Assembly (NCBI GenBank): GCA_051362555.1
Contig: CM120645.1
Span: 3,844,001 to 3,908,000, forward strand
Origin: Lingula anatina
Taxonomy: Eukaryota; Animalia; Brachiopoda
Direction: 5' to 3'
Length of the DNA stretch: 64,000 nucleotides
Within the stretch, counting starts at the first letter, position 1. Every line of letters begins with the position of its first letter. The position numbers were made by a program, and so were the translations under genes. The notes under the pieces are model-generated. The model searched no databases, was not told the origin of the DNA, and was given only the letters and a program-made list of their open reading frames with translations. Shown here piece by piece: positions 27,851 to 41,400 of the stretch.

Positions 27851-29450
27851 ATATCAGAATTGGGAAGGCGGCAAAGAAAGATTTTAAGAGAGAGAGAGAA
27901 TTATAAGACAGGGAGAGAGTACCTCTGTTACCCATTTTAACATTTAGTCATGGCATGTGTTTCAGATAACACCTATAAGATTCCTTTACAGTAGAATGCA
28001 CAAATATAGAATCCACTGACCACTTGGTGTGTTTTTATAGTGAACTAGGCCATGTTGGACATGGGGGCGGTCTACTCCTCATTTTACAAAAAAAAAAAAA
28101 AAAAAAAAAAAAAACTTGCAAGATTATTCTTTATTTGATTGGTGGTCTTTTATCAAGTCTAACAGGTTGACAACATATAAAGACCCTGTAAATGAATAAG
28201 ATTAAGATTTGGTTGGCAGGTCAGTGGCATTTTCAAACACAGGTTTTTTTTTTTCAATCTTTAATATTGACAATTTAAGCCTGGCATACTTAATTATTGG
28301 CCACAACCTCTGCACATGGAGGCTATTTCTTAGTACACAGGAATGTGGCACACATTGCCAGGCCTTGATATTAGGATAGTTCTCCCTACAAGTTCAACAG
28401 AACTGCCTTCTTTCTACATGAGACACTCTAGTGGCTTAATGGCTTACCATGGCTAAACAGACATCTTTCTTTGAAAGAAGTGAGGCAATTAAATGTTTGG
28501 CATCCTACCTAAAACACAATAAGAATGGTCTATCTTGATCTCTTGCCAATTTCAAAATGAATACAGCTCACCCATTGCAATCAGCACCAGTACCTTTTCA
28601 CCATCTCTGCACCAATACCTCTTGCCCATGTCAACATTAATATCTCTTGCCCATCTCAACACCAATGGATTGTGCCTGCATCCACACCTCTTGCCTATTT
28701 TTGCACCAATACCTCTTGCCCATGTCAGCACCATTTTGAAAGTGAAATGTTTTCTTTTTAGGTGATGACCTTCTTGACAGCAGACCAGAGATCAAGGAGA
28801 AGTATTACTATTCCATCTATGAAATGGTAGTCCGTGGAAGCTGCTCCTGCTATGGTCATGCTTCTCGCTGTCTGCCACTACCAGGCTTGCCAAATAGATC
28901 AGACATGGTAAGTCACAATTGGCATATTTTTTATCAGAAGTTTTGTCGAAATTTGCTTCAAATGACCATGTTGAGTTTTGCCCATAGATATTTGTCCCAT
29001 ATTCCCCACTCTCTGAAAAAAATGCACCATGTTTGAGTCCGTATTCTGTTCCTGAGTCACTAGTTATATATATTTTTTTAAATTAGAAGAGTTAAAATAT
29101 TTTATTATTAATTTCATTGTTTTCGTTTTATATGCTCATATTATGGTCAGTTTTTATAGCTCAATTACAATATGGTTGTTTGAAACCTTATAATATGAAA
29201 ACAATTTGCACATGTCAAGTTTGAATAAAAATGACCTTGACCTGAGCCTGATTTTACCTTGACCCCAGGTTCATGGACGCTGTGAGTGTACCCACAATAC
29301 CAAAGGTTTGAACTGTGAGCAGTGTGAAGCTTTCTACAATGACTTGCCATGGAGACCTGCCAGAGGAAACCAGTCAAATGAGTGCAAAAGTAGGTTATGA
29401 AACACAGGGTGCAAATTGTATCACTTCCCAACTGGCCAGTGTTTGCTTGC

Positions 29451-29493
<43 letters not shown>

Positions 29494-32400
29494 TTTTTTC
29501 ATGCATGCCATGAATATTGTGATGAGGTGGAAACTTTCAATTTAAAAAATGTACACACTATCAAGTATTCTTTAACTAATTAAGTTTTAGTAGAACAGCA
29601 GCTATATATGGAGGTTTTCGATAATCTGACCCGTAACTGTGTTATAATAAAGACTAGTAGAAAATATTAAAGAATGTCCATAAACAGTTTCAGCTACATC
29701 ACTCTGCATTTCCTTACATTACAGTAACAAGAAACCTATATCCGTAAATATGTAATTATGAAAAGGAAATGAAATGAATGGTGCATAATTTTTAGTGTGT
29801 TTCTTATCAGATTTGACATTTTGCCAGCAGTTGAAGTGATTGGCACATGCCTGGTTCGCACTTCTGGTTGAAAAAAAGGAAAATCTGTTAAAATTTTTGG
29901 TGCTTTTTTATCAAAATGTAATTGAAATAATTATTTTATTTTTCAGAATGTGAGTGCAATAATCATGCCAGCAGATGTCACTTTGATCCTGCCGTGTACG
30001 AGGCCACGGGACGTGTCAGTGGAGGTGTTTGTGATGACTGCCAACACAATACTATGGGTCGTAACTGCCAGGAATGTAAGCCATTTTACTATCAAGATCC
30101 CACCAAAGACATCAGGCATCCAGAAGTTTGCAAACGTAAGTATTCTGGCAAATTATTTCCTCAGCTGTATTATGCATTTAAAGTTACAAGTTTCTTCAAA
30201 GGAAAAATGTGTATTAAAATTATAATAACAATCATAAAATATTATTACTATTATTATTATTATTATTATTAACAATGTTACATTTTCACTTGAAATCTTT
30301 TAAATAAAGGACCTCTGAAAGTATTTTGTCATGTATAATTTAGGTTTTCAGCTCAAGATCTATCCCCTTGCTATTACTGAGTTTCATCACATAATCTTAC
30401 TTTCAAAGACCTGAGTTCTTAAAAACAACTTGTTTTTTTAGACAGAATTTTTTCATGTAAATAGTTTAAAGGTTTGTTTCTTTCCCATCCTTAGCCTGTG
30501 ACTGTGACCCCAAGGGCTCTGAGAACAGTGGCGAGTGTGAAAGTCGCTCAGACCCGGAGCACAACCTGGTGGCAGGGCGCTGCTTCTGTAAACGGTTCGT
30601 AGACGGACCCAGGTGTGACACCTGTAAAAATGGCTACTGGAACTTGCGTGAAGAAAGCATCGATGGTTGTGAACGTGAGTAATTTTTAGGATCATTCTGA
30701 AATGAATTTTATAGATTTATCTGTTAGCTAAATTTTATTTGTTAGATTTTTATTATTGCCAAAAATAACGATATAGATTTTTAAATATTTTTTGTGTATA
30801 TTGAAGTTAATATTAAGCTTTGTACATTGATCTTAATTTAAATTATGTTTACCAAGAACACACCAACTGTATGACATACAATTAGGTAATGATTAACTTG
30901 AGATGTAATTTTATCATTATTTGAAGCAAATCAAACAAACAGAAATTTTAATATTCCATCTTTTTTCCAGCCTGTGAATGTAACACCTATGGCACCGTGG
31001 GGAACTTTGGCTGTAACAAGATCACTGGTGTTTGCACCTGTAAAAGATTTGTCACAGGAAGGAACTGCGACCAGTGTCTGGTAAGGAGAAAGTTTGTGTG
31101 TAAACTGATACCAACAATCTAACAATCAGTTATGTTCAGGTTGCTCCTGTAATATATCTTTTTGTTCATAATTTTATGCAATTTATAAACATCCATCTGA
31201 CTTGAAGGGTGTCATATGGAACTCAAATAAATAAATGAAAATAACAACAAAAATTTAAAAATAGAAAATTCATAGAAAACCAACTTTTTGATTTTTTCAG
31301 TTATTTCATGACGGTCTAAAAGTCTCCTATTTAGGCTGTCTGATAAATATTAGATAAATTATTAGATAAATAAATGAATAAATATTCCTCTCTCTCTCTC
31401 TCTCCTCACACAGGCTGGTTACTGGGGGCTTGGCCCAGATGTAGACGGTTGTAAGGCCTGCGACTGTGACTTTGGTGGTGCCTTGAACAACATGTGTGAA
31501 CAAACGACAGGGCAGTGCGCCTGCAGGCAGAACATCATTGGCCGTCGCTGTGAGCGACCGCGACCAGGATATTTCATCACTAATCTGGATTATCTAGTTT
31601 ATGAGGGCGAGTTTGCCAGAGGCACTGGGGTAAGTAGCCATCTTCTTTTGTTCAATCATTTATGTTTGTGGTTTTGTTTCACAATAGTAGAACCAGATAG
31701 TGATTGAGGTGTTTTAACTAGTGCACTTGTGTTTTTTATTCAAAATCTGGAATACAAACCAGTCTTGTGTGAAAAAACAATTTATAACCACTTGCTACAT
31801 TTTACTAGTGAAGAGCAACATTTTTTTCCCTTGTTTCAAGTTAAGATGGAGGGGTTGAGAAATAGACAGATAATTTCATCAAAACTTACCGATATATAAT
31901 TAAGCAGATATTTTTGGCACAGCTACAGATACACATTTTGAGGAAATTATTTTCAGAATTACCAGGTGGTGATCCGTGAGCCTGTGGCGGGACGTCCCAC
32001 CACATGGACAGGTCCTGGGTTTATGCGGGTCAGCGAGGGGGACTCCCTGGTTTTCACAGTGGACAACCTGCCTTCCTCCATGGAGTATGACATCGTCATC
32101 AGATATGAGCCACAGGTAGGTAAAGAATACACTGGAGAAACCATGGGTACTATTATTGCCTGTTCTTTTAATGAACTGAAAAGATTTACTATGAAGACTG
32201 TGTTCTTTTAATCTCATCGTGAATACTTTTGTCAGTCACTGTGGAATCGTGTACTAGATTATGGCAGTGATCATGTAGTCTTCAGAAACTTGTGAACAAA
32301 ACTTATTAGAACTATGTTTCCTGTTAAATCTGTCCTAGTTTAAGCTTTAAAGTCTGAAGAGATGGCTAGTTATGTCATGTAAAATATTTTCCATTTGATA

Positions 32401-35400
32401 AAAGTAATTAAATTCTGCCTCAAAATTTGAAAAAATAATTACACTATAGTCAATTTCTGTGTGATTTTTCTGAAAAAATTACCAATGTGAAAATCAGTGA
32501 AGGTTTAGCTAGCCTGCATCAAGATGTTGATAAGATGAAAGGTGCAATTATTTATGGATTTATGTTCATTTCTAAAAGATTTTATGAGATCTAAAATTTC
32601 TAATGGCATAAAGTTTGGTATGAAGAAAAAGTTACCAAATTAATTTTTCTTTTGTTCTGCATTCCAAGGACTTAACGGGTAAGTTCAGATGTCTGTGATG
32701 TAGGAATCGAGTGAATTTTTTATGTGGGTGTTGGTGGGTAACTTGCTGTATCTTGTTTTAGGACTCCAGGATAGATTGTTGAATTTTTTTTTTTGCTTCC
32801 CTTTTTTTCTGATGGCTTTTAAAAAATTGAAGTGAAAAAAAAATTTATACAGTATATATATTTTAAAGGAAGTGTGGTTTTCTCGAGTCTGTACCTGATA
32901 TTTTGCAGTTGATTGGGTATGCGATACTGGCTTATACCAACACCAGATTTTATGAAAATTGAATAAGCAGTTTAAATAAATTCTCTGTAATTCAGATGCC
33001 AGATCGTTGGGATGATGTTCGCGTGACTGTAGAAAGACCAGGGCGGGTGGACCAGAACAGTGTCTGTGCCAACAGCATTCCTCAAGATGACTTCAAGGCT
33101 ACCAGTCTACCTGCAGGTCAGTCAACAGACACCCATGGGCTACTGTCCACTCACATCCATTGGCTGGTTCCACAGAATTACTTTAAATTGAAAGTTGGTT
33201 TTTATCTTAAGAACCAAAATTTTGGTCTACTTTTATTTTAAAAAAAAGCAGGTAGTAGTCCACTAAAATAGAATATCTCTTGGTCTAAAACTGTTTTTTG
33301 GGTAAAACATGGTGTTTGAGTCGATTTCTGGAAATGTTTTTAAAAAGTTTTTCTTTTTTTGTTAAAATAGCATACAATCAAAAGTGAAAAATCAATTAAT
33401 AAATGGCATAATAATGCATTTCAGGTATTCGTTACTACACAGTCTCCCCGCCATCTTGTTTAGAGACAGGTGTTTCATATACCATCAAATTAGAATTCAA
33501 CAGGTACAAGAGTGACAGAGCTACACCTGACGCCACTGCCTTGATTGATTCAGTAAGTCAAGTTTTCATATATTTGTAAAGAATTGGAATTTCTATTTGA
33601 AATAAAAGTTTTACTGTGTTCACTAAAAACTGAAAGCTGTTACTGGGACTGCAACAATATTTAAGTGATTTTTATCACATTATTTTTATTTCTTTAAACT
33701 TCTGTATGGTTTAACAAATAGTTGAACATAAATTTATACTCAAGAGGACTTAAGTATGTGAAATCAATTATTTTAACTCAATTTAATTTATACAACATCA
33801 CATATATTCTTATTCCAGATTGTCCTTGTCCCAAGAATAAACAGTATTCCTGGCACCCCACAGGAGATCACCACAGATTTCGAGCGCTACCGCTGCCGAG
33901 AGGACCAGCTGACGGCAGCCAGGCCAGACCTTGCTGAGGTTTGCAAGAAATACCTCTTCAGTTTAGGAGCCATCATTCACCAGCAAGCTCTTGGTAAGTG
34001 TAAATCTTCAGTAGTTGTGTATGGATATTGCATATTTTGGAAAGGTGCATTGCTGGTAATTAATCAGCAACGGTAAATTACAGAACTTCATAACAAAGTT
34101 GGAAACTAGCATTAGGATTGTGTTTTTACACTGAGTGCATTAAGATTAAGTCAATATTTGGCTTTGAAGTAGAAATTCCACTGCATGGGTAGTAGTGTTC
34201 AACTAAACATGCCCAAAAATGTTTTTAGTAATGAGAACATTAGATAGTGTTCTGCCCTCGAGTTACTATTGCAGGTTTAAACAACACTCTTTCTGTTGAA
34301 AAAAACTACTCATTGCTGAAAAACCAAATTATTAATTGTCAAGTGAATAAATGTATAGATAGATAAATAGATTTGAATAAACACCTGGTTATCTTTTCAG
34401 ACTGTGAATGTGACCCCACTGGCTCCGTGAGTGCCGTGTGCGACCCCTCTGGTGGTCAGTGTCAATGTAAACCAAATGTCATAGGAAGACGCTGTGATAA
34501 GTGTGCACCAGGAACGTATGGATTTGGACCACAGGGATGCTTAGGTTAGTGACAAACCCAGTCTGCAACATAAATGCTAATCTCAGTTAATTTTAAGCTG
34601 CGCCCAAAAAATAGAAATGTAACTTTGTTTAGCCAGTGGACAGTGTTTCTGCTTTGGGTCAGTTGATTCCTTGAAACTGGTGCCCAGAAGGGCTAGTAGA
34701 TTTTTTTTACCTGTACCTGTAATGCTTTTCGTTGTCGTTTAAACTTCACTTAAAATGTTTCATATATAATTTCAGCCTGTAACTGTAATGCTCTCGGTTC
34801 CCGCGACAATTTCTGTGATGTGACTTCTGGCCAGTGTCTGTGTATCCCTAACGCCTATGGCCGCCAGTGTGACCAGTGTCAGCGTGGGTATTATAACTTC
34901 CCCAACTGTCGCCTGTGTCAATGTAATGGTCATGCTGACACCTGTGAGGACACCACAGGGCGATGTATTGGATGTAGAGATTACACTGCTGGAGACAATT
35001 GTGAACTGTGAGTATTGTTTTTGGAATGTTTCACCATTAGCACACCCTAGTAGAGTTGTTTCTATGTGGCACAGTCATTAAAGCAATATCTGCCTAATCT
35101 TAATACACTTTGGTATTCACTATGTCTCAGCGTGGATAACCAAATATTTCTCACTTTTCTAGCTTTATATTGCATTAATAAAAATAATAGCAGGATATCA
35201 GTGGTTATCAGTTTTAGGTTTATATTCTTAATTCTAAAGTTCCTTAATAATTACCTGCTAAAAATTGTTGAGAAATGCATTGTACACAGTCTGTTCTCTC
35301 AGGTGATCCATTTTCTCATATCTTTCCCCATTGATTTTCAGATGTGTCCGTGGTTACTATGGAGATCCCAGACTAGGCGCCAACATTCCTTGTCGTGCCT

Positions 35401-38400
35401 GCCCATGTCCTGGTGGCCAAGGCAGCGGATTCCAGCATGCAGACACGTGCAGCTTGACCAGAGAACAAAATGTCCGCTGTGACTGTCGCCCTGGGTACAC
35501 CGGTGACCGTTGCGATCGCTGTGCTGATAACTTCTATGGCAACCCAGTTGTACCTGGTGGGGAATGCAGGGCATGTTTCTGTAATAATAATATTGATCCT
35601 GACGTACCTGGTAGCTGTGACCCTGTCACTGGGGAATGTTTGAAGTGTCTGTACCAGACTGAAGGTTACAGCTGTGAGAGGTGTAAGGAGGGTTACTATG
35701 GAGATGCAACAAGGCAGACATGTCAGGGTAGGTTGATCTTCAGTAAACAGTCATGAGCTTTTTCTGCAGAATTCTGCATTTTAAATTGAATTCTGATGGT
35801 TCCTGAGATTCTTCTTGTCTGATATTCGATAAATTTTCAGAGTTTTTTTTTTTTTTAAACCTAGGCTCATGCCGGGTAAAAGAAGATTTGTAAATGAAGA
35901 GGAAAGTAAAAATTTTTAACTTTTGGATTGTTTAAAGTTGCTTAAGACTTTCAGATTTTTGTTTTACATAACATTGGAGAAAGATATTCTGTATTTAAGC
36001 TTTGCTATGATTATGTTTAATCTTTGAATATTACAGCATGTGTGTGTAACATTCTCGGCACAAACCGCTCCATGGGAGCTTGTGACATTGTCACTGGACA
36101 GTGTCCATGCTTGCCCAATGTGATTGGACGAGCTTGTGACCGGTGTGCTCCCAACCACTGGAAGCTGGCCAGCGGTACTGGCTGTGAGGCCTGCAACTGT
36201 GACCCTGATGGGTCTCTGTCCACTCAGTGTAATGAGGTGAGCTGTTGTTGTCTGTTGCTTTCAAGTTTGATGAAATAACCAGAAATTTTTCTAAAAAATG
36301 TGTGTGTGTAAAAGAGTTTTAATAAACTCTTTCTAGTTTTGTTCATGCAAAATATATTTTTTGAAGGGGTGCCACTTTAATTGGATTGAAAAGAGATATG
36401 TAAAATTTAGATAGGGATGTAATATTGAAGCCTTTATGACATTGCAACTTGAGCTTAGGTAGCAGACATACTTTCACCCTTTCATAAGTGCGGTATGTGG
36501 TATTGTTTGCCTCCCGTAGGTGGCACTACTGATTGCACATTTCCAAGACAAGATTTTAATTTTACTTGCAATAGATATAATAGATAATGAAGTATACGAG
36601 TTATGTTTTCCAGTTTGATGGCCAATGTGAGTGTAAGCCAGGAAGAGGAGGGCTGACATGTGGAGAATGTGAGGCATTCTACTGGGGCAACCCTAACATA
36701 GCCTGCTATCGTAAGTACAGACAGCATTGCATCCCATTTCAGTAAAGTTGGTCTTAACTTTAAGAATAAGTTTTTGACAGCTTTGACTAAGGGTTTATCC
36801 AGGTACTAAATGCTAGAAATGCCATAGGTCTGAGCACACAAAAATTTTCAGTCTATAAAATAAGTTATGGAAACTAATGACATGAGAACTCGCTGACCCA
36901 TATCACGCCCCCTATTGGCATCACATAACCAGAGAGAAATTAATTTTAGTCTTAATTCCTCATGTCAACTGTTTGAAATTAAACATATACTGTGAACATC
37001 AAAAACATGGCAAATATGCAATACTCCCAACATCACATATATCATAAAAAATGTCATTTGCTGTCCAATTATGCCCTGAAGTCATTGTAAATCTGTGATA
37101 TGCCTCAGATTTTTTCAGTTTGTTCATGTCTGTTTATTTACTTGATTTCTATCCCACTAGCCTGTGATTGTAACCGGGAAGGGTCAGCCAGCCTGCAGTG
37201 TGACCGCCGTACTGGTCAGTGTGAGTGTCTGGAAGGGGTGGCTGGACACAAGTGTGACCGCTGCGAAAGGGGGACCACGGGCCAGCTCCCCAACTGTGTG
37301 CCCTGTGGAGAGTGCTTTGATAACTGGGACAAGATCATTCAGGATCTGGCGGGTAAGTTACTGTGTTCTTGGTTCATAGTTCATTCTGGAGATCAAATAT
37401 GGCCAACCTACTTTTAAATTTTTCAAAAATAGAAATCAGATTGATAGATTAGTGTAGACTCAATGATGTGACAGACTGTAACCTAATAAAACTGTCTTGG
37501 TGGCCCAGAAACTAAAAATGGGTTCTTTGGTTAGTGTCATCTTCAGTTTTAATATAAACAAATTAGAAATTTGTTAAAAGAATGAAATTCAAGATCTAAA
37601 TACAAGGACCCATCATTAACCCATTTCTTCTTCAGGAAGGACACGCTTGCTGATCCAAGAAGCAAATGAAATCAAAATTCAGGGTGTAAGCAAAGCTTAC
37701 GAGCAGGTGTTCCGTGAGATGGAGAGCAAACTTGACCAGGTTCGCCAGCTAATCGAAAATGCAAATGTCTCTGTGGCTGATATTGAGGGGCTAAAACTTA
37801 AGCTGGAACAGCTCAGGTAGGATATATTGACATGTTTAAAATTGTGTGTACTTAAATGTTGGTGTCATGTATTTTTGGCCGCATCAGGTGTTACTAAATA
37901 AGAAGTTTTTAAATGATGTTTTACAAAGGAAATATTTAAAGAATTAAAGGAGAATTAAATGTCTGTCATGCCTACAGAATCTGCTAGGGGGTAAAGATAA
38001 TTACCCCCTAACAGTTTTTTCTAGGCATTATTATTAAGCCAGTATTTATATATACTTAATATCAATGAACAATCCAAGTACCTTAAGTTACAGATAAATG
38101 TTATTATATACATTCAGAACCCAGTTGGATGGCCAGGCCAACTCTGTTCAGGGAGTTGAAGATGGAGTGAAGGAAGCAGGAAGAGAAATCCTGAAGACGG
38201 AAAATAGCATTCAGGTTCTACGTCTTGGCATTAATGGACTAAGACAAGCCGCTGATGAACTGAAGAAGGAAGCTGAGGAACTGAAGGAACAGAATGTACA
38301 AGGTGAGTCTCACACCTAATTTGACATTATTTTGTTGTCACACCTAACACAATTTGATGTTATTTTCTTAAATCTTTTTCTCACACTCTTATAGGAGATA

Positions 38401-41400
38401 ATAAAATTGCAGTAATAGTAATTCAGAGAGCTGTCATAGATACACATTTTTCAGAGAGGAAATTTTATAAACAATATTAAAAACACATTCTATTGGCCAT
38501 TTCTTAAAAGGTGCGTTTGAAAGTTTGCAAAGCAGCCAGAAAAGGTCGGAAGCAGCGCAGAAGACTGTGGATGACACAGATGACACTGTTGCCCAGTCCA
38601 AACAGACACGAGAACGAGCAGAGCAGTTCATGGCAGACAACCAGGCCGAGTTCCAGCGTAAGACACAGGAAAACGAAGATGCTATTGAAGATGTGCAAAC
38701 TGACATCGAACTCCTCGAGAATCAGCTGGCAGATGTTAACAACATGGTAAAATTTCTTATTAAAGAAACATTAATTGATTTATTTATCTGAACGTTAAGT
38801 TAATAGTATTCTCTTATTGAAGTAATCTGAAATGCACTTTTTCTTAAAAAATAAGAAGTTGATCCCAGTGCTCTTTGTATGTGTCAGATTCCAAATTTCC
38901 ATGCAAATTGTGGATTTAGGAGTTTTAACATTCACTTGATATCTTTTAGTAGACCAAAACCATTTCTTGCCTGGAGATTTGAACACTTAAAGATCTTTTT
39001 ATTTATTCCTCCTAGGTATGTGATGGGCGTGGCACACCATGTGACGTGCTATGTGGTGGAGGAGGATGTGGCAAGTGCGGCATTATAGGTGGCGGTCAAA
39101 GCTGCGATGCAGGTGCCGTGACCAAGGCGAACAACTCCCTCTCCCTGGCTAAACAGACAGAAGATACTCTGGCAGAGAGGTCAAAGAATCTGCAAGACTT
39201 ACTTGGAGAGGTAAGAATTGATATGATGTATTTATTTATGTGCAGCCAAGCAGGTCTTTATGTCATGAAATTGGTTTGTTAATCTTCTTATAACTGGCAA
39301 ATCAGGTCATTATCTGGTCTTGGGAGTGTATATATTGAAGAGAAAGGTGAACATGGGCCATAAATGAATACATGGAATATACATTACACAATTTGGTACT
39401 GTGCCATTCATACTTCATTGTTCAAGCTGTCCCACAATCATATTTTCCGTCTACATCTCTATTAAAAGCTTCTGGGCTTTCTCAATTCAGGCCTTAAAAA
39501 CCATAAATCCCTCAAATAAAAGCATGTGATGCCAGTATTTCCTACTAAAGGCAGGCACAGACAGTCTGCGTATTGCAAGAAACATTTAAAACTTAATTAT
39601 TTAATTAAAATGGTATGAAACACCAAATTTAACTGATATCAAGCAATAATTCATGATTAGGCGAAATTTACTTTTTATCCAAGGAAAAATTGGTAGGAAA
39701 ATCCTGAATATAGGATTTTTGAACATCTCAGTTGTAACTGTTCAACTTACATCTGCAGTGAACAATTACTGGTTGTCTTTAGTATTTTAAGCTTTGGTAA
39801 AATCATCACAAGATAACAGGATTAACATGTAGTTTTTACTGTTCTAGGTAGAAGCAGTGGAAGCAGATGCCTCAGTGGCAAAGAGCGAGGTACAGGCCGC
39901 ATTTGACAAAGCTGAGCAAGCCAAGAACATGTCTGAGTCATCTCGAACAGAGTTACAGAAACTACTGGAATCAATTGCAGAGTTCCTCACCAAGGGTGGG
40001 GCTCGCCCAGAAGATATCCGTCAGGTCGCAGAAGAGGTTTTGGCAATGAGTATTTCACTGACACCAGAGGAAATAGAAAATTTGGCTGCGGAGATTAACA
40101 AAACTGTCATTGGACTTACCAATATTGACGAGATTTTGGATGCCACCAGGAGTCGGAATGAAACGGCTCACAAATTGCAGGAAGAAGCTAAAAAAGCCAG
40201 GTGAATTACCAGAGTATCACTTAAGAACTTATGTAATTTTAGAACAAAAAAATTGATACACTTAAGGTAGAGATAAATTCATACCAGTCCACTGAAATAA
40301 AATTAAAGTTTTGGTCTAAAACTTAAACAATGGAGTCTTTATGCCATAAAACAGATGCAATAGTTAATTAACTGGATCATTTCTGATTTTACTTTGTGTC
40401 AAACACCGTCAAATATTGCTTTCAGTGCTGATGCGGCCACCATCTTGGACACAGCGCGTAAGGTGTCTGACCGCCTGGACTTGGCCGAAGAGGCTCAGGA
40501 CAAAGCCCAGAAGGCTATAGACCAAGCCAATGAGAATATTAAGGAGGCAGAAACACATCTCACTCAGGTATAGTATTTGGGCTGTTGTATACTGAACATC
40601 AGTAGAAATACATGTTATTCCGAGTTTTACACATGTATGATTAATTTACTTGGTAGTTCACATTGATTACTAGTTATTGTAATGAGTGTATATATATTAA
40701 AAGTAAACCATATCTGAAGACAAAAGGTGAAGTTTTTTTCTGATGTGTGCATTTTCCATGATACCTAATGTATTGGTGCTCTTTTGATAATTTATCTGTT
40801 TAAATAAGATGCATTTAAATGTTATGTCATTTGAAAATTAGACTCTCTGTAGCTTCAGTGGGGTTTAAGCTGTATGTATTTTGAAATGCCATTGATCACA
40901 TTTTTATGTACAGACACAGATGTGTCTGTACATATAGCCATCATCTGCGTCTGTCGTCGCCGTCGTCGCTGTCGTCGCCGTCGCCGTCGCCGTGCACTTT
41001 TACCGATAACACGATAAGTGGAAAACCATTTTACCTTTTGACTTGAAACTTGCAGAACTGATGAATATTCATAATACGCAGGTCAAGTTCGAAAATCAGC
41101 ATGATCGGGTCACTTTTAGGGAATTTATGCAGTTTTTTCTCTTTTTTCAGCATATATGCAGCACCGATAACACGATAAGTGGAAAACCATTTTACCTTTT
41201 GACTTGAAACTTACAGAACTGAAGAATATTCATAATACGCAGGTCAAGTTCGAAAATCAGCATGATCGGGTCACTTTTAGGGAATTTATGCAGTTTTTTC
41301 TCTTTTTTCAGCATATATGCAGCACCGATAACACGATAAGTGGAAAACCATTTTACCTTTTGACTTGAAACTTACAGAACTGATGAATATTCATAATACG

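Noticed and set aside
37985-38012. Small hairpins (taggggg..cccccta here, and another at ~61568-61609)
   Set aside because: The stems are short, with no TSD or family context, and could arise by chance.
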